DNA from: Eledone cirrhosa | Taxonomy: Eukaryota | Direction: 5' to 3' | DNA length: 64,000 nucleotides | Assembly: GCA_964016885.1 (NCBI GenBank) | Contig: OZ024743.1 | Coordinates: forward strand, 16,740,001-16,804,000 | Shown here: piece after piece, positions 53,090 through 64,000 of the stretch | How the letters are laid out: each line of letters opens with the position of its first letter | Numbering within the stretch: position 1 is the stretch's first letter | Translations under genes and position numbers: made by a program | The notes under the pieces: generated by a model | The model's input: the letters and a program-made list of their open reading frames with translations, nothing else | Databases searched by the model: none | Told to the model about the DNA's origin: nothing

Positions 53090-55352
53090 CAGATAGTAAT
53101 ACAAATTATCAATCTAACTAGTGGAGAACCAACACCCAACCTTATCAACTTACTCTCCAAAGGTCTTAAATTCACACCGACCACACTACGTCCTAACTAC
53201 TATGAAATGAAGGAAGACATCACAGACTTCTATAGAAAGTTACGACTCAGTGAAGAACTATTCGACCAGCACAATAAGGATGAATCATTAGCCAGAAATA
53301 GAAGCAATTACACCCCATCAAAAGATGGAAATGAAATCCTGGACGAATTCTGTGAACACATCACAGACTTCCCTTACCAACACTTGCACAGACAAAAACA
53401 CAAGCCAAACCTCAACAAGAAAGAATGTGAAGAATTAAATAGATTAAAAACCGACAGAACCATTACAATTAAAGAGGCTGATAAAGGGAGTACAGTAGTC
53501 CTAATGGAGACAGAATTCTATATCAAATTAGCACTCTCCACTTTGGAAAACGAAACATACTACGAAAAGGCTGAACACTACAATCAAGAGAAAATTAAGA
53601 GAAACCTAAAAACTATGATCAACCAATACAAAGGACTCACTCACAAGGAATTCAGCTTCATCACAGACTTCACAAGTCCATCCAGCCTTTTCTACGGTAT
53701 CCCTAAAGTACATAAAAGCGAATTAATAAGTAATGCATGCAAGGAAGCCACAGACATAGTCATCAATGAACCCTCACCCAATGATCTCAAATTAAGACCT
53801 ATAATAGCAGGCCCCGCTTGCGAAACCCACCGCCTTAGCAACTTCATTGATACCCTTCTCAAGCCTTTTCTCAAACACATCAAAAGCTATATAAGGGACG
53901 ACCTAGATATGCTCAATCACCTCCCTAATATGCCCCTTTCTGAACAAACCCTACTAGTGACGTTCGACGTAGTCAACCAATACTCCAACATCCCCCACAA
54001 CCTAGGAATAGAAGCTATCCAATTCTGGCTGGATAATTACCACAATGAACTCCCACAACGCATCAAAAAAGAATTCGTGATAGAGAGACTCAAATTTATC
54101 TTGGAAAACAATTACTTCATTTTCAATAACAAACCCTACAGTCAGAAATCTGGGATCGCTATGGGAACGAAAACAGCCCCCACTTATGCCAACCTAGTCA
54201 TGGGATACCTGGAAATGACCTTCTACACTAATGTCCTAAACAAATTTGGAAACACTTTCCACTTACACATAGAAAGGAACTGGAAGCGATATCTAGATGA
54301 CTGCTTCATCCGTTGGCACGAACACATCGAGAAACTTAAAGAATTTCACACCCTTATAAATGGGCTCAACACGAATATTAACTTCACGATTGAATACAGC
54401 CATCAACAACTCCACTTCCTCGACATCCTCATTAAGATCCATAACAAAAAAATAGAAACAGACATATACTACAAGCCCACAGACTCCAAGCAATATCTTC
54501 CTTTCAACTCTTCCCACCCTATACACGTTAAAATTAATATTCCCTACAACGTAGCCAAGATAATCTGTACTATAGTCTCCAATAAAAACACCTGCTACTT
54601 ACGGCTACAAGAACTAAAGGACACAATCATAGGCAGTGACTACCCTGCATCACTAATTGACAATGGAATCCAACGTGCCCTAAAACTCAGTACCCAGGAC
54701 CTTAGACACCCTAAAGTAAATCAACCGAAACTAAAAAGCTCTTCCATACATCTCCACACACACACCCTCAACAATGAGGCCTTTGACACCATCCTCCAGA
54801 ACATCCCTGTGTTGAAAAAGGACCATAGAATAAACCAAATCCTACGAACACACGATATCATAAAGAGCAACAGACAATCTAAGTCACTGAAAAACATCCT
54901 AACACATGCCAAAGTACTGCCAACCACAACAGTGAAACCCACAGTAAAAAAAATGCGATAGACCCAACTGTGGCATTTGCATCAACCTAATAGAGGGTCC
55001 GGAATTCTATTTCAAAGAAGGACAACGTTTTAAAGTAAAACACAATTTCACATGCGCATCAGAAAATCTAATATATGTATTAACTTGCTCAGGTTGTCGA
55101 GAACAATACATAGGCCAGACCAAAATCAGCCTCCGCCAACGTATGACTGTCCATAGATCCTAAATTAAAATACGGGAATACAGGAAAATACCACTAAGTG
55201 AACACATTGATACCTGTGCCGCCCCAAATCATCCCAACTTCAGAATATTTCCCCTCTACAAATTTAAAGATAATGCCACCCACACCCAGCGCATCAGCAA
55301 GGAATCTTACTTTATTAACAAATACGGACCCCGTCTAAACACTTCTCCCTAA
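53090..55352 (+). pseudogene. PLE reverse transcriptase and GIY-YIG endonuclease (584-aa open RT frame, frameshift near 54955, stop in the endonuclease)
   Basis: ORF-track 53207-54961 plus the downstream frame. Confidence 0.88.
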
Positions 55353-55993
55353 GACGAACCCACAACATACACACATCAACATACATACCTACATCAGCAT
55401 ACATCTCTATCCACATATAAACACAATGACATACGTAAACACATATGTTCTATGGTGCAACACAAATATACACAAATTTGCATACATTTTGATGTCTATA
55501 GAAATAAACGTGCCGACACACACACATACATAAACGCACACATGCATTGCACACTGATTGGCACATACATATTTGTACACAAGTATTACAATATGACAAG
55601 GCCTAATGGATTCCCCTTGCAGCACGTACAATCTGGACACTCACACACCTTGGTGTTATGCCAATACTCTATATCATTTCACACTTTTTATTATTAAGGT
55701 TTTTCATGTTCTATGGGGAGAATCGTTTTAACTGAAAATATCAAATAATGTACACCATTTTACCAGAAATAAATACTGGTCCGCCCACACACACACACAC
55801 ATTATCACACACACACATATACACACACACATACACACGCGTACATTAACATACAAAGAGACATACATACACACACACACACACTTCTCCGTATAAGACA
55901 AGAGCAGAAAAATATCTTTTAACTTGTTAAAATATCCCCCACACACTTACATACACATTCCTACTGACCATCCCTCTACCACGAATTACTCTG

Positions 55994-55995
<2 letters not shown>

Positions 55996-56081
<86 letters not shown>

Positions 56082-56110
56082 CCACACCCACACACACCTA
56101 CACCCCCCCC

Positions 56111-56144
<34 letters not shown>

Positions 56145-56146
56145 CC
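55996..56146. repeat. (CA)n microsatellite inside the PLE 3' region
   Basis: Direct inspection. Confidence 0.95.
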
Positions 56147-56672
56147 CACTTGTCATAATAGGCATTTGAACTGTCAACAGGCTGCGGTTAGCACACATAT
56201 CCCTGCTTACCATTATCACAACAACGAACCTCTTTACTACTACTACACACACACACACACACACACATATTTGTTGTGAAAGACTTATTTTTCAGTGATT
56301 TTTCAATCACCCGACACAAACCTACATTTGGCTCAAAATCAATTTTTAACATTCACATGACCTCTACCGTCCAATCAAAGTTGTTTTGACCACAAGAATT
56401 TTTGCAACACGAATTGGCGCGAAACTTATTTTAATACTGCTGGAGCCACTTTCTTCACATAAAAACAGGTAGAATTCCCAAAACTAATCAGATTAGAGCA
56501 AACATCACGGACGCTCTATCTCAAAATTATTTTGAAAAGCATTAGAAATGCGCAACCGGTAAAACTTAAAACCAAAATTGAATACTAATCAATACTATTA
56601 CTAATTCTCACTTATTCCTAATTAAACTATTTTACACTCTGAACAATTTGACAGCATTTTCTTTACCATTCA

Positions 56673-56722
<50 letters not shown>

Positions 56723-56759
56723 ATTAAATAAATGGAAACTATATTTATAAAACCATATT

Positions 56760-56825
56760 TATTTCGTTATATATATTTCAGGGATATCATATTAACAATA
56801 TGTTATGCCTTCTTCAGACAAAATA
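56760..56825 (-). ncRNA. Type I hammerhead ribozyme (CUGAAGA), left arm
   Basis: Reverse complement of 62810-62875. Confidence 0.8.
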
Positions 56826-58127
56826 CAATATAAACAGTCTTATAAATAAATAGATACGACATACCTTTCAATCACCTTGCATTTGGGAGGTTGATTTGGC
56901 AGTAAAAAATATTGTGGACAGTTGTAAAAAGAAAGAGAGAAAGAAAGAAAGAAAGAGAAACGAAGAAAAAGAAGAAATGCATGTGAATAAATAGAGAGAT
57001 ATAGAAAGATAGATAAAGAGAAGAACTTCATGTAAAGAAACAGAGAGAAATATATATAGAGAGAGGAAAAAAGAAAGCGATAGATAGAGATAGATAGAGA
57101 AACTAGGAAGTTGAGTATCGGTTGATACTTTTATTTATTTATTTATTTATTTATTTAGCTCTAGTATTAATGTAAAGAGAGATGTATGTAGTTAAGAGAG
57201 AAAATAGCCGTTATATAGAGAGAAAAAAGAGAAAATGAAAAAGAGAAAATAAAACATAAGCAGAATTTAAAACCGCTATGTTTTATCCCGTAGAAAATAT
57301 TAGTTCGTATAAAACAGGCATTATAATGTAAATATCAGTATTCATGAATGAGACATGTATCTATAATGTGTGAAAAGTAATGATCTTATGTCTAGTTTTT
57401 AAAAATGCATATGTTTATATCATAATTATAAACAAACTCCCAATTCACACGAAAACATTCTCATTGTGCTATAAAAATTCAAGTATACATATATGTGTGT
57501 ATATATACACATATATATAGAGTCTATATTAATTTTAACAATACTATTCTTGTCTTTACTCTACATGATTGTCGATCAAGCAGAAATAGAGAACAGATTT
57601 CAATATATTAATAAAAATAAAAATAAAAATAAAAATAAAAATAAAAATAAAAATAAAAATAAAAATATCAGAGACAAGAAAATAAATAAATAAACAGAAA
57701 ACTAAAACATTTAATATTAAAAATTAAAAATATTACAAAATATTAAAAAATAATAAAAATAAAACATAGTATGCCACGCAAATCGGCCACAGAGATCAGC
57801 CTTTCAAAGTTAATTGACAATATATTGCCAAGTTCATCATAAGCATCAAAGTCGAAACAGATAAAACAAAAATTGTTTACCAAATCCTGTCTAGCAGAAA
57901 TCATTCCAAAAGTTTAGGATACCCATTTGGTCTACATATGTTCTTATATTTAATATAGAAGTTTATCTAGTTTAAAATTTAATTCGATATATTTGGAGCA
58001 TCAGCTTTTAGGGTAGTTTAATTATTCATGAAGAATGTTTTAATAAAAAGAATGTTTTAATAAAAAGAAGAAATCGAAAGATGTATCGGCTAGTTTCATA
58101 AATAATTACAAATCAAATCAAACATAA

Positions 58128-59834
58128 CTACATTTTAAATTTAAATTTATATTTAAACGTTGAGTTCAATCTATGTCTGCAGCAACTGAATAAATTTGTC
58201 CGTAGATTAAGGGAATTTTTAGATTTTAGTATAAAGAATATCTCCTCCGCACAGAGGTCACATGTCTTAAAGGATGAATTAAAAGGAATCCCCCTTGAAA
58301 CTATATTCCAAGTCGTCGAATATCTTAGGTTATCATGCCTAAGTTGCCAGAGTACGCTTGATAGTGCTGTTGAAGATTTTTTGGATGGATCTGTGAAAGA
58401 ATCCTTGTGGTTGTTATAGCGAAGTTTAAATTCCGTCGATGTAGAACCAACGTAGTTAAAAGAATTAACGTCCGTTTTAACATTACAGTTGTATATTATA
58501 TTTTTAACTAAGCAGTTGTTATTTAACGGACATTTAGATCTATCTCTACAGTTACATTTGTTAACTTGGATATTATTTATGCTATTATCGCTAGGTTTTA
58601 AGTTCCTGTTATTTATTCTATTAATATTTTGCGCTAAATTTTTGGTGGATGAGTAGGTTAGTTTTATAGTATGTCTATTGAAAATTGAGTGATACCTATG
58701 TGTTCTAGGGAAGCGATTATCGAGAGCTTTAAAAAATAGTTTAGCAATGTGGGTTTTAATGTTTAGTGAGAAGGGGGGGGGGGGGGGGGGGGGGGCAAAC
58801 CATATTATATTCCTAGTTCTATTTCTTTTATGGCTTTTGGAATTATTGTAATGCTTTCTATTATAGTTGTTAAGGTTGTGGCCATAATTAAAATAGTTGT
58901 TATTTTGTTTAATTTGTTTATCATTATCTATGTACATAATTTTATCACTATATCCTGCTCTAGCTAACGCTTCATTGTAATAATGGGCTTTTTCATCGAA
59001 AATCTTTTTATTAGATGAGATTCTAGAGATTCGTGATTGAACAGAGTTTACTATAGTATTTTTAACAGATTTGGGGTGGTTAGAGTTAAAGCTGACATAG
59101 TTTAAGTTTTCATTCAACTTGTGAAATGGATAGTGAAGACATGTGTTGAGATTTAATGTTATATCTAGGAAGTTGACTATTCTATGGTTATTCTCAATTT
59201 CTATTTTTAGATTAAAGTGATTAAAAAATTGTGTAATTTGTTTTCTTTTTCTATTTAGTTCAGAGTTATTATTATCAATAAGTAAAAGCATGTCATCTCT
59301 ATATAAACCTCCGGTAGTACCAGGTATTTTCCTATGCAGCGAATTGATTAAAAATAAGCCCACAAGGTCAGTTACCTGAGCTGAGTCGGATGATCCCATA
59401 GTAATGTCAAAATTGTTATCTCTATCTGCTCGGGTCCATAGTTGGTCATTAAATTCTATCAATGTTTTCCTAGCCGATAATATAATGTGCATTTCATTGC
59501 TAGTTAGGTCTGTATGTTTGAATGCGTAATTTAGTGCCTTATTTAGTAGATTAGGGGTAATGGAAGAATAATAGTTAGCAATATCAAGTTGAATAAACTT
59601 ATTATTATTGTTATATTTAATTTGCTTAAACCACTCAACAACCTCACCAGTTCCCTTCCACAAGCTCAGGTTAGGTAGACAACTCAAGTTTTTAATTTGC
59701 TGTATCACCCTGTCAAGAATGTTTTTGCTTAGTTTACCCAGGTCCGATTTTGATGGTGCAATCAATCTGACTGGCAAGTCATTCTCGAAATTTCTCTTAT
59801 GATCTTTCATATTGATCTTCGGTTTCCTGGGCAC
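58128..59834 (-). CDS. Naiad-like PLE RT-GIY-YIG, open 568-aa frame but 5'-truncated
   Basis: KDHKRNF..RLIAPSKSDLGKLSK; QLDIANYYSSI; MGSSDSAQVTDLVG; GLYRDD; CNCRDRSKCPLNNNC; NIIY..NYVGST..FKLRYNNH; CDLC; CRHR. Confidence 0.85.
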   Translation of the reverse strand: MPRKPKINMKDHKRNFENDLPVRLIAPSKSDLGKLSKNILDRVIQQIKNLSCLPNLSLWKGTGEVVEWFKQIKYNNNNKFIQLDIANYYSSITPNLLNKALNYAFKHTDLTSNEMHIILSARKTLIEFNDQLWTRADRDNNFDITMGSSDSAQVTDLVGLFLINSLHRKIPGTTGGLYRDDMLLLIDNNNSELNRKRKQITQFFNHFNLKIEIENNHRIVNFLDITLNLNTCLHYPFHKLNENLNYVSFNSNHPKSVKNTIVNSVQSRISRISSNKKIFDEKAHYYNEALARAGYSDKIMYIDNDKQIKQNNNYFNYGHNLNNYNRKHYNNSKSHKRNRTRNIIWFAPPPPPPPFSLNIKTHIAKLFFKALDNRFPRTHRYHSIFNRHTIKLTYSSTKNLAQNINRINNRNLKPSDNSINNIQVNKCNCRDRSKCPLNNNCLVKNIIYNCNVKTDVNSFNYVGSTSTEFKLRYNNHKDSFTDPSKKSSTALSSVLWQLRHDNLRYSTTWNIVSRGIPFNSSFKTCDLCAEEIFFILKSKNSLNLRTNLFSCCRHRLNSTFKYKFKFKM

Positions 59835-59840
59835 GAAAGG

Positions 59841-61467
59841 TTGATTGCACCATCAAAATCGGACCTGGGTAAACTAAGCCAAAACATTCTTGACAGGGTG
59901 ATACAGCAAATTAAAAACTTGGATTGTCTACCTAACCTGAGCTTGTGGAAGGGAACTGGTGAGGTTGTTGAGTGGTTTAAGCAAATTAAACATAACAATA
60001 ATAATAAGTTTATTCAACTTGATATTGCTAACTATTATTCTTCCATTACCCCTAATCTACTAAATAAGGCACTAAATTACGCATTCAAACATACAGACCT
60101 AACTAGCAATGAAATGCACATTATATTATCGGCTAGGAAAACATTGATAGAATTTAATGACCAACTATGGACCCGAGCAGATAGAGATAACAATGTTGAC
60201 ATTACTATGGCATCATCCGACTCAGCTCAGGTAACTGACCTTGTGGCTTATTTTTAATCAATTCGCTGCATAGGAAAATACCTGGTACTACCGGAGGTTT
60301 ATATAGAGATGACATGCTTTTACTTATTGATAATAATAACTCTGAACTAAATAGAAAAAGAAAACAAATTACACAATTTTTTAATCACTTTAATCTAAAA
60401 ATAGAAATTGAGAATAACCATAGAATAGTCAACTTCCTAGATATAACATTAAATCTCAACACATGTCTTCACTATCCATTTCACAAGTTGAATGAAAACT
60501 TAAACTATGTCAGCTTTAACTCTAACCACCCCAAATCTGTTAAAAATACTATAGTAAACTCTGTTCAATCACGAATCTCTAGAATCTCATCTAATAAAAA
60601 GATTTTCGACGAAAAAGCCCATTATTACAATGAAGCGTTAGCTAGAGCAGGATATAGTGATAAAATTATGTACATAGATAATGATAAACAAATTAAACAA
60701 AATAACAACTATTTTAATTATGGCCACAACCTTAACAACTATAATAGAAAGCATTACAATAATTCCAAAAGCCATAAAAGAAATAGAACTAGGAATATAA
60801 TATGGTTTGCCCCCCCCCCCCCTTCTCACTAAACATTAAAACCCACATTGCTAAACTATTTTTTAAAGCTCTCGATAATCGCTTCCCTAGAACACATAGG
60901 TATCACTCAATTTTCAATAGACATACTATAAAACTAACCTACTCATCCACCAAAAATTTAGCGCAAAATATTAATAGAATAAATAACAGGAACTTAAAAC
61001 CTAGCGATAATAGCATAAATAATATCCAAGTTAACAAATGTAACTGTAGAGATAGATCTAAATGTCCGTTAAATAACAACTGCTTAGTTAAAAATATAAT
61101 ATACAACTGTAATGTTAAAACGGACGTTAATTCTTTTAACTACGTTGGTTCTACATCGACGGAATTTAAACTTCGCTATAACAACCACAAGGATTCTTTC
61201 ACAGATCCATCCAAAAAATCTTCAACAGCACTATCAGGCGTACTCTGGCAACTTAGGCATGATAACGTTAGTTATTCGACGACTTGGAATATAGTTTCAA
61301 GGGGGATTCCTTTTAATTCATCCTCTAAGACATGTGACCTCTGTGCGGAGGAGATATTCTTTATACTAAAATCTAAAAATTCCTTTAATCTACGGACAAA
61401 TTTATTCAGTTGCTGCAGACATAGATTGAACTCAACGTTTAAATATAAATTTAAATTTAAAATGTAG
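59841..61467 (+). pseudogene. Second copy of the same ORF, frameshifted near 60245 and in the poly-C run at 60810-60822
   Basis: ORF-track 59799-60257, 60314-60832, 60802-61467. Confidence 0.9.
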
Positions 61468-62809
61468 TTATGTTTGATTTGATTTGTAATTATTTATGAA
61501 ACTAGCCGATAAATCTTTCGATTTCTTCTTTTTATTAAATCATTCTTTTCATTAAAACATTCTTCATGAATAATTAAACTACCCTAAAAGCTGATGCTCC
61601 AAATATATCGAATTAAATTTTAAACTAGATAAACTTCTATATTAAATATAAGAACATATGTAGACCAAATGGGTATCCTAAACTTTTGGAATGATTTCTG
61701 CTAGACAGGATTTGGTAAACAATTTTTGTTTTATCTGTTTCGACTCTGATGCTTATGATGAATTTGGCAATATATTGTCAATTAACTTTGAAAGGCTGAT
61801 CTCTGTGGCCGATTTGCGTGGCATACTATGTTTTATTTTTATTATTTTTTAATATTTTGTAATATTTTTAATTTTTAATGTTAAATGTTTTAGTTTTCTG
61901 TTTATTTATTTATTTTCTTGTCTCTGATATTTTTATTTTTATTTTTATTTTTATTTTTATTTTTATTTTTATTTTTATTTTTATTTTTATTTTTATTTTT
62001 ATTTTTATTTTTATTTTTATTTTTATTAATATATTGAAATCTGTTCTCTATTTCTGCTTGATCGACAATCATGTAGAGTAAAGACAAGAATAGTATTGTT
62101 AAACTTAATATAGACTCTATATATGTGTGTATATATACACACATATATGTATACTTGAATTTTTATAGCACAATGAGAATGTTTTCGTGTGAATTGGGAG
62201 TTTGTTTATAATTATGATATAAACATATGCATTTTTAAAAACTAGACATAAGATCATTACTTTTCACACATTATAGATACATGTCTCATTCATGAATACT
62301 GATATTTACATTATAATGCCTGTTTTATACGAACTAATATTTTCTACGGGATAAAACATAGCGGTTTTAAATTCTGCTTATGTTTCATTTTCTCTTTTTC
62401 ATTTTCTCTTTTTTCTCTCTATATAACGGCTATTTTCTCTCTTAACTACATACATCTCTCTTTACATTAATACTAGAGCTAAATAAATAAATAAATAAAT
62501 AAATAAATGTATCAACCGATACTCAACTTCCTAGTTTCTCTATCTATCTCTATCTATCTCTTTCTTTTTTCCTCTCTCTATATATATTTCTCTCTGTTTC
62601 TTTACATGAAGTTCTTCTCTTTATCTATCTTTCTATATCTCTATTTATTCACATGCATTTCTTCTTTTTCTTCGTTTCTCTTTCTTTCTTTCTTTCTCTC
62701 TTTCTTTTTACAACTGTCCACAATATTTTTTACTGCCAAATCAACCTCCCAAATGCAAGGTGATTGAAAGGTATGTCGTATCTATTTATTTATAAAACTG
62801 TTTATATTG

Positions 62810-62875
62810 TATTTTGTCTGAAGAAGGCATAACATATTGTTAATATGATATCCCTGAAATATATATAACGAAATA
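62810..62875 (+). ncRNA. Type I hammerhead ribozyme (CUGAAGA), right arm
   Basis: uauuuugu-CUGAAGA-aggcauaacauauu guu aauaugauaucccu-GAAA-uauaua-UA-acgaaaua: 8-bp stem I, palindromic (UA)n stem III. Confidence 0.8.
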
Positions 62876-62973
62876 AATATGGTTTTATAAATATAGTTTC
62901 CATTTATTTAATATCATAAATATACTCCAAATACTTGTCGAGTGCTTTTATATCAGTTATAAATATTTATATA

Positions 62974-63081
<108 letters not shown>

Positions 63082-63272
63082 ATATTTGTTTTGTAGGCAT
63101 GTAAACATGCCAGACAGAAAATATGTCCCATTACTTGCTTGTATGTTGAAAGAACGATAAATATTTTTAATCGTTTTTGTAATTTTACTGAACTTTCACC
63201 ACAAAATGTGTATATAGTCCAATGAACCTCAAAAAATAATTTTCCTCACAAGCCTTTATTATTGTATATATT

Positions 63273-63463
63273 GGGCGGTGGATTGGCAGTATTGGTAGAG
63301 GGTCGGACGCCATGCTTTGACGTATAGAGTTACGGCCCTTGCCATTCCGAGTTCAAATCCCGCCGAGGTTGACTCTGCCTTTCATCCTTACGGGTCGATA
63401 AAATAAAGTACCAGTAATGCACTGGGTATTTGCTGACCTTGTGCCTAACGTAGAAACAATTAT
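63273..63463 (+). mobile_element. Full-length tRNA-derived SINE with Pol III A and B boxes and a Deu/Nin-domain-like core
   Basis: A box TGGCAGTATTGG (63284-63295), B box GTTCAAATCC (63351-63360), core ctgcctttcatccttacgggtcgataaaataaagtaccag. Confidence 0.9.
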
Positions 63464-64000
63464 TTGTACATATCAGCATTCGGAAGAAATCAACCCACAC
63501 AACGCGTCTTCGTAATAAGAATTTAGGGATAACATGAGAGAGAATGTGTAACTTTATTTTAATTTTGCTGTTTTTTTTTTTTTTAGAAAGCATTCATACA
63601 CGTGATGAGACAAATTACAAATATTCCTTCAAAGACATGATATTCCCTCGAGTTACTTTGCTAATATAACAATATAAAAAGAGACCTATGTTTTCCTAAC
63701 ATTATGTTCCTTTTTATTAATCAAAGTAAATAAAGCAAAAGACATTTGTATAACACATTGGAACCTATTCAGATTTCGTGTGATACATAATCGTCACACT
63801 CATCAATATACACCTTTGTGTGTATATATTATAACTGGTATTGTTTCAATATGAATTTGGTATGCATGCAAGTGTTATTCGCACAGACCAATTTAATGAA
63901 ATGTACTTGAATGTTATTGACGCAAAATTGCATAAAACGAAGTAATAACATTGGCATTATACGTTAAAGATAACCAACATGTTTAAATCCTATGACATCT

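Larger units (their letters stand above)
52203..56685 (+). mobile_element. Neptune-like Penelope element (N-terminal domain, RT, Cys-rich linker, GIY-YIG), disrupted, between (TA)n tracts
   Basis: IINLTS...LLSKGLKFTPT; IKEADKGSTVV; FYGIPKVHK; LRPIIAGP; FDVVNQYSNIPH; GIAMGTKTAPTYANL; RYLDD; then (frameshifted) C.RPNCGIC...FTCASENLIYVLTCSGCREQYIGQT. Confidence 0.9.
56718..62970. mobile_element. Head-to-head inverted pair of 5'-truncated Naiad-like PLEs forming a ~6.2-kb palindrome between (TA)n tracts
   Basis: 56718-59765 is the reverse complement of 59841-62917 with scattered differences; ~75-bp asymmetric centre. Confidence 0.96.

Noticed and set aside
63273-63365. tRNA gene
   Set aside because: It has A and B boxes but no cloverleaf, and it continues into the multi-copy SINE core.

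Overview
This is AT-rich, microsatellite-dense eukaryotic DNA, not a prokaryotic locus. The tRNA-derived SINE family, the long (TA)n/(AAT)n tracts and the retroelement set suggest a coleoid cephalopod, probably Octopus (inference). Well over half of the window is decayed non-LTR retroelements: (i) three near-full-length L1/Tx1-type LINEs (ORF1 + APE-RT ORF2), all bounded by (TTA)n; (ii) five pieces of R4/Dong-type RT + restriction-like-endonuclease LINEs from two families, mostly bounded by (AAT)n; (iii) at least seven Penelope-like elements (PLEs; RT + GIY-YIG, Naiad-like and Neptune-like), mostly bounded by (TA)n; (iv) several tRNA-SINE copies. I could not identify an intact host gene, only a few candidate minus-strand exons. 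Two patterns stand out. First, there are at least eight inverted duplications or palindromes, with arms from ~50 bp to ~3 kb, most tied to PLE 3' ends. Second, there is a panel of type I hammerhead-ribozyme motifs: canonical CUGAUGA/CUGAAGA cores, a compensatory U3-A8 variant, and a CAGAAGA variant shared by three copies, two of which form a 150-bp hammerhead palindrome. PLE inversions and PLE hammerheads are known in general, so any novelty lies in these particular variants, the mini-palindromes and their density. Coordinates were read by eye and may be off by a few bases; identities are visual estimates.
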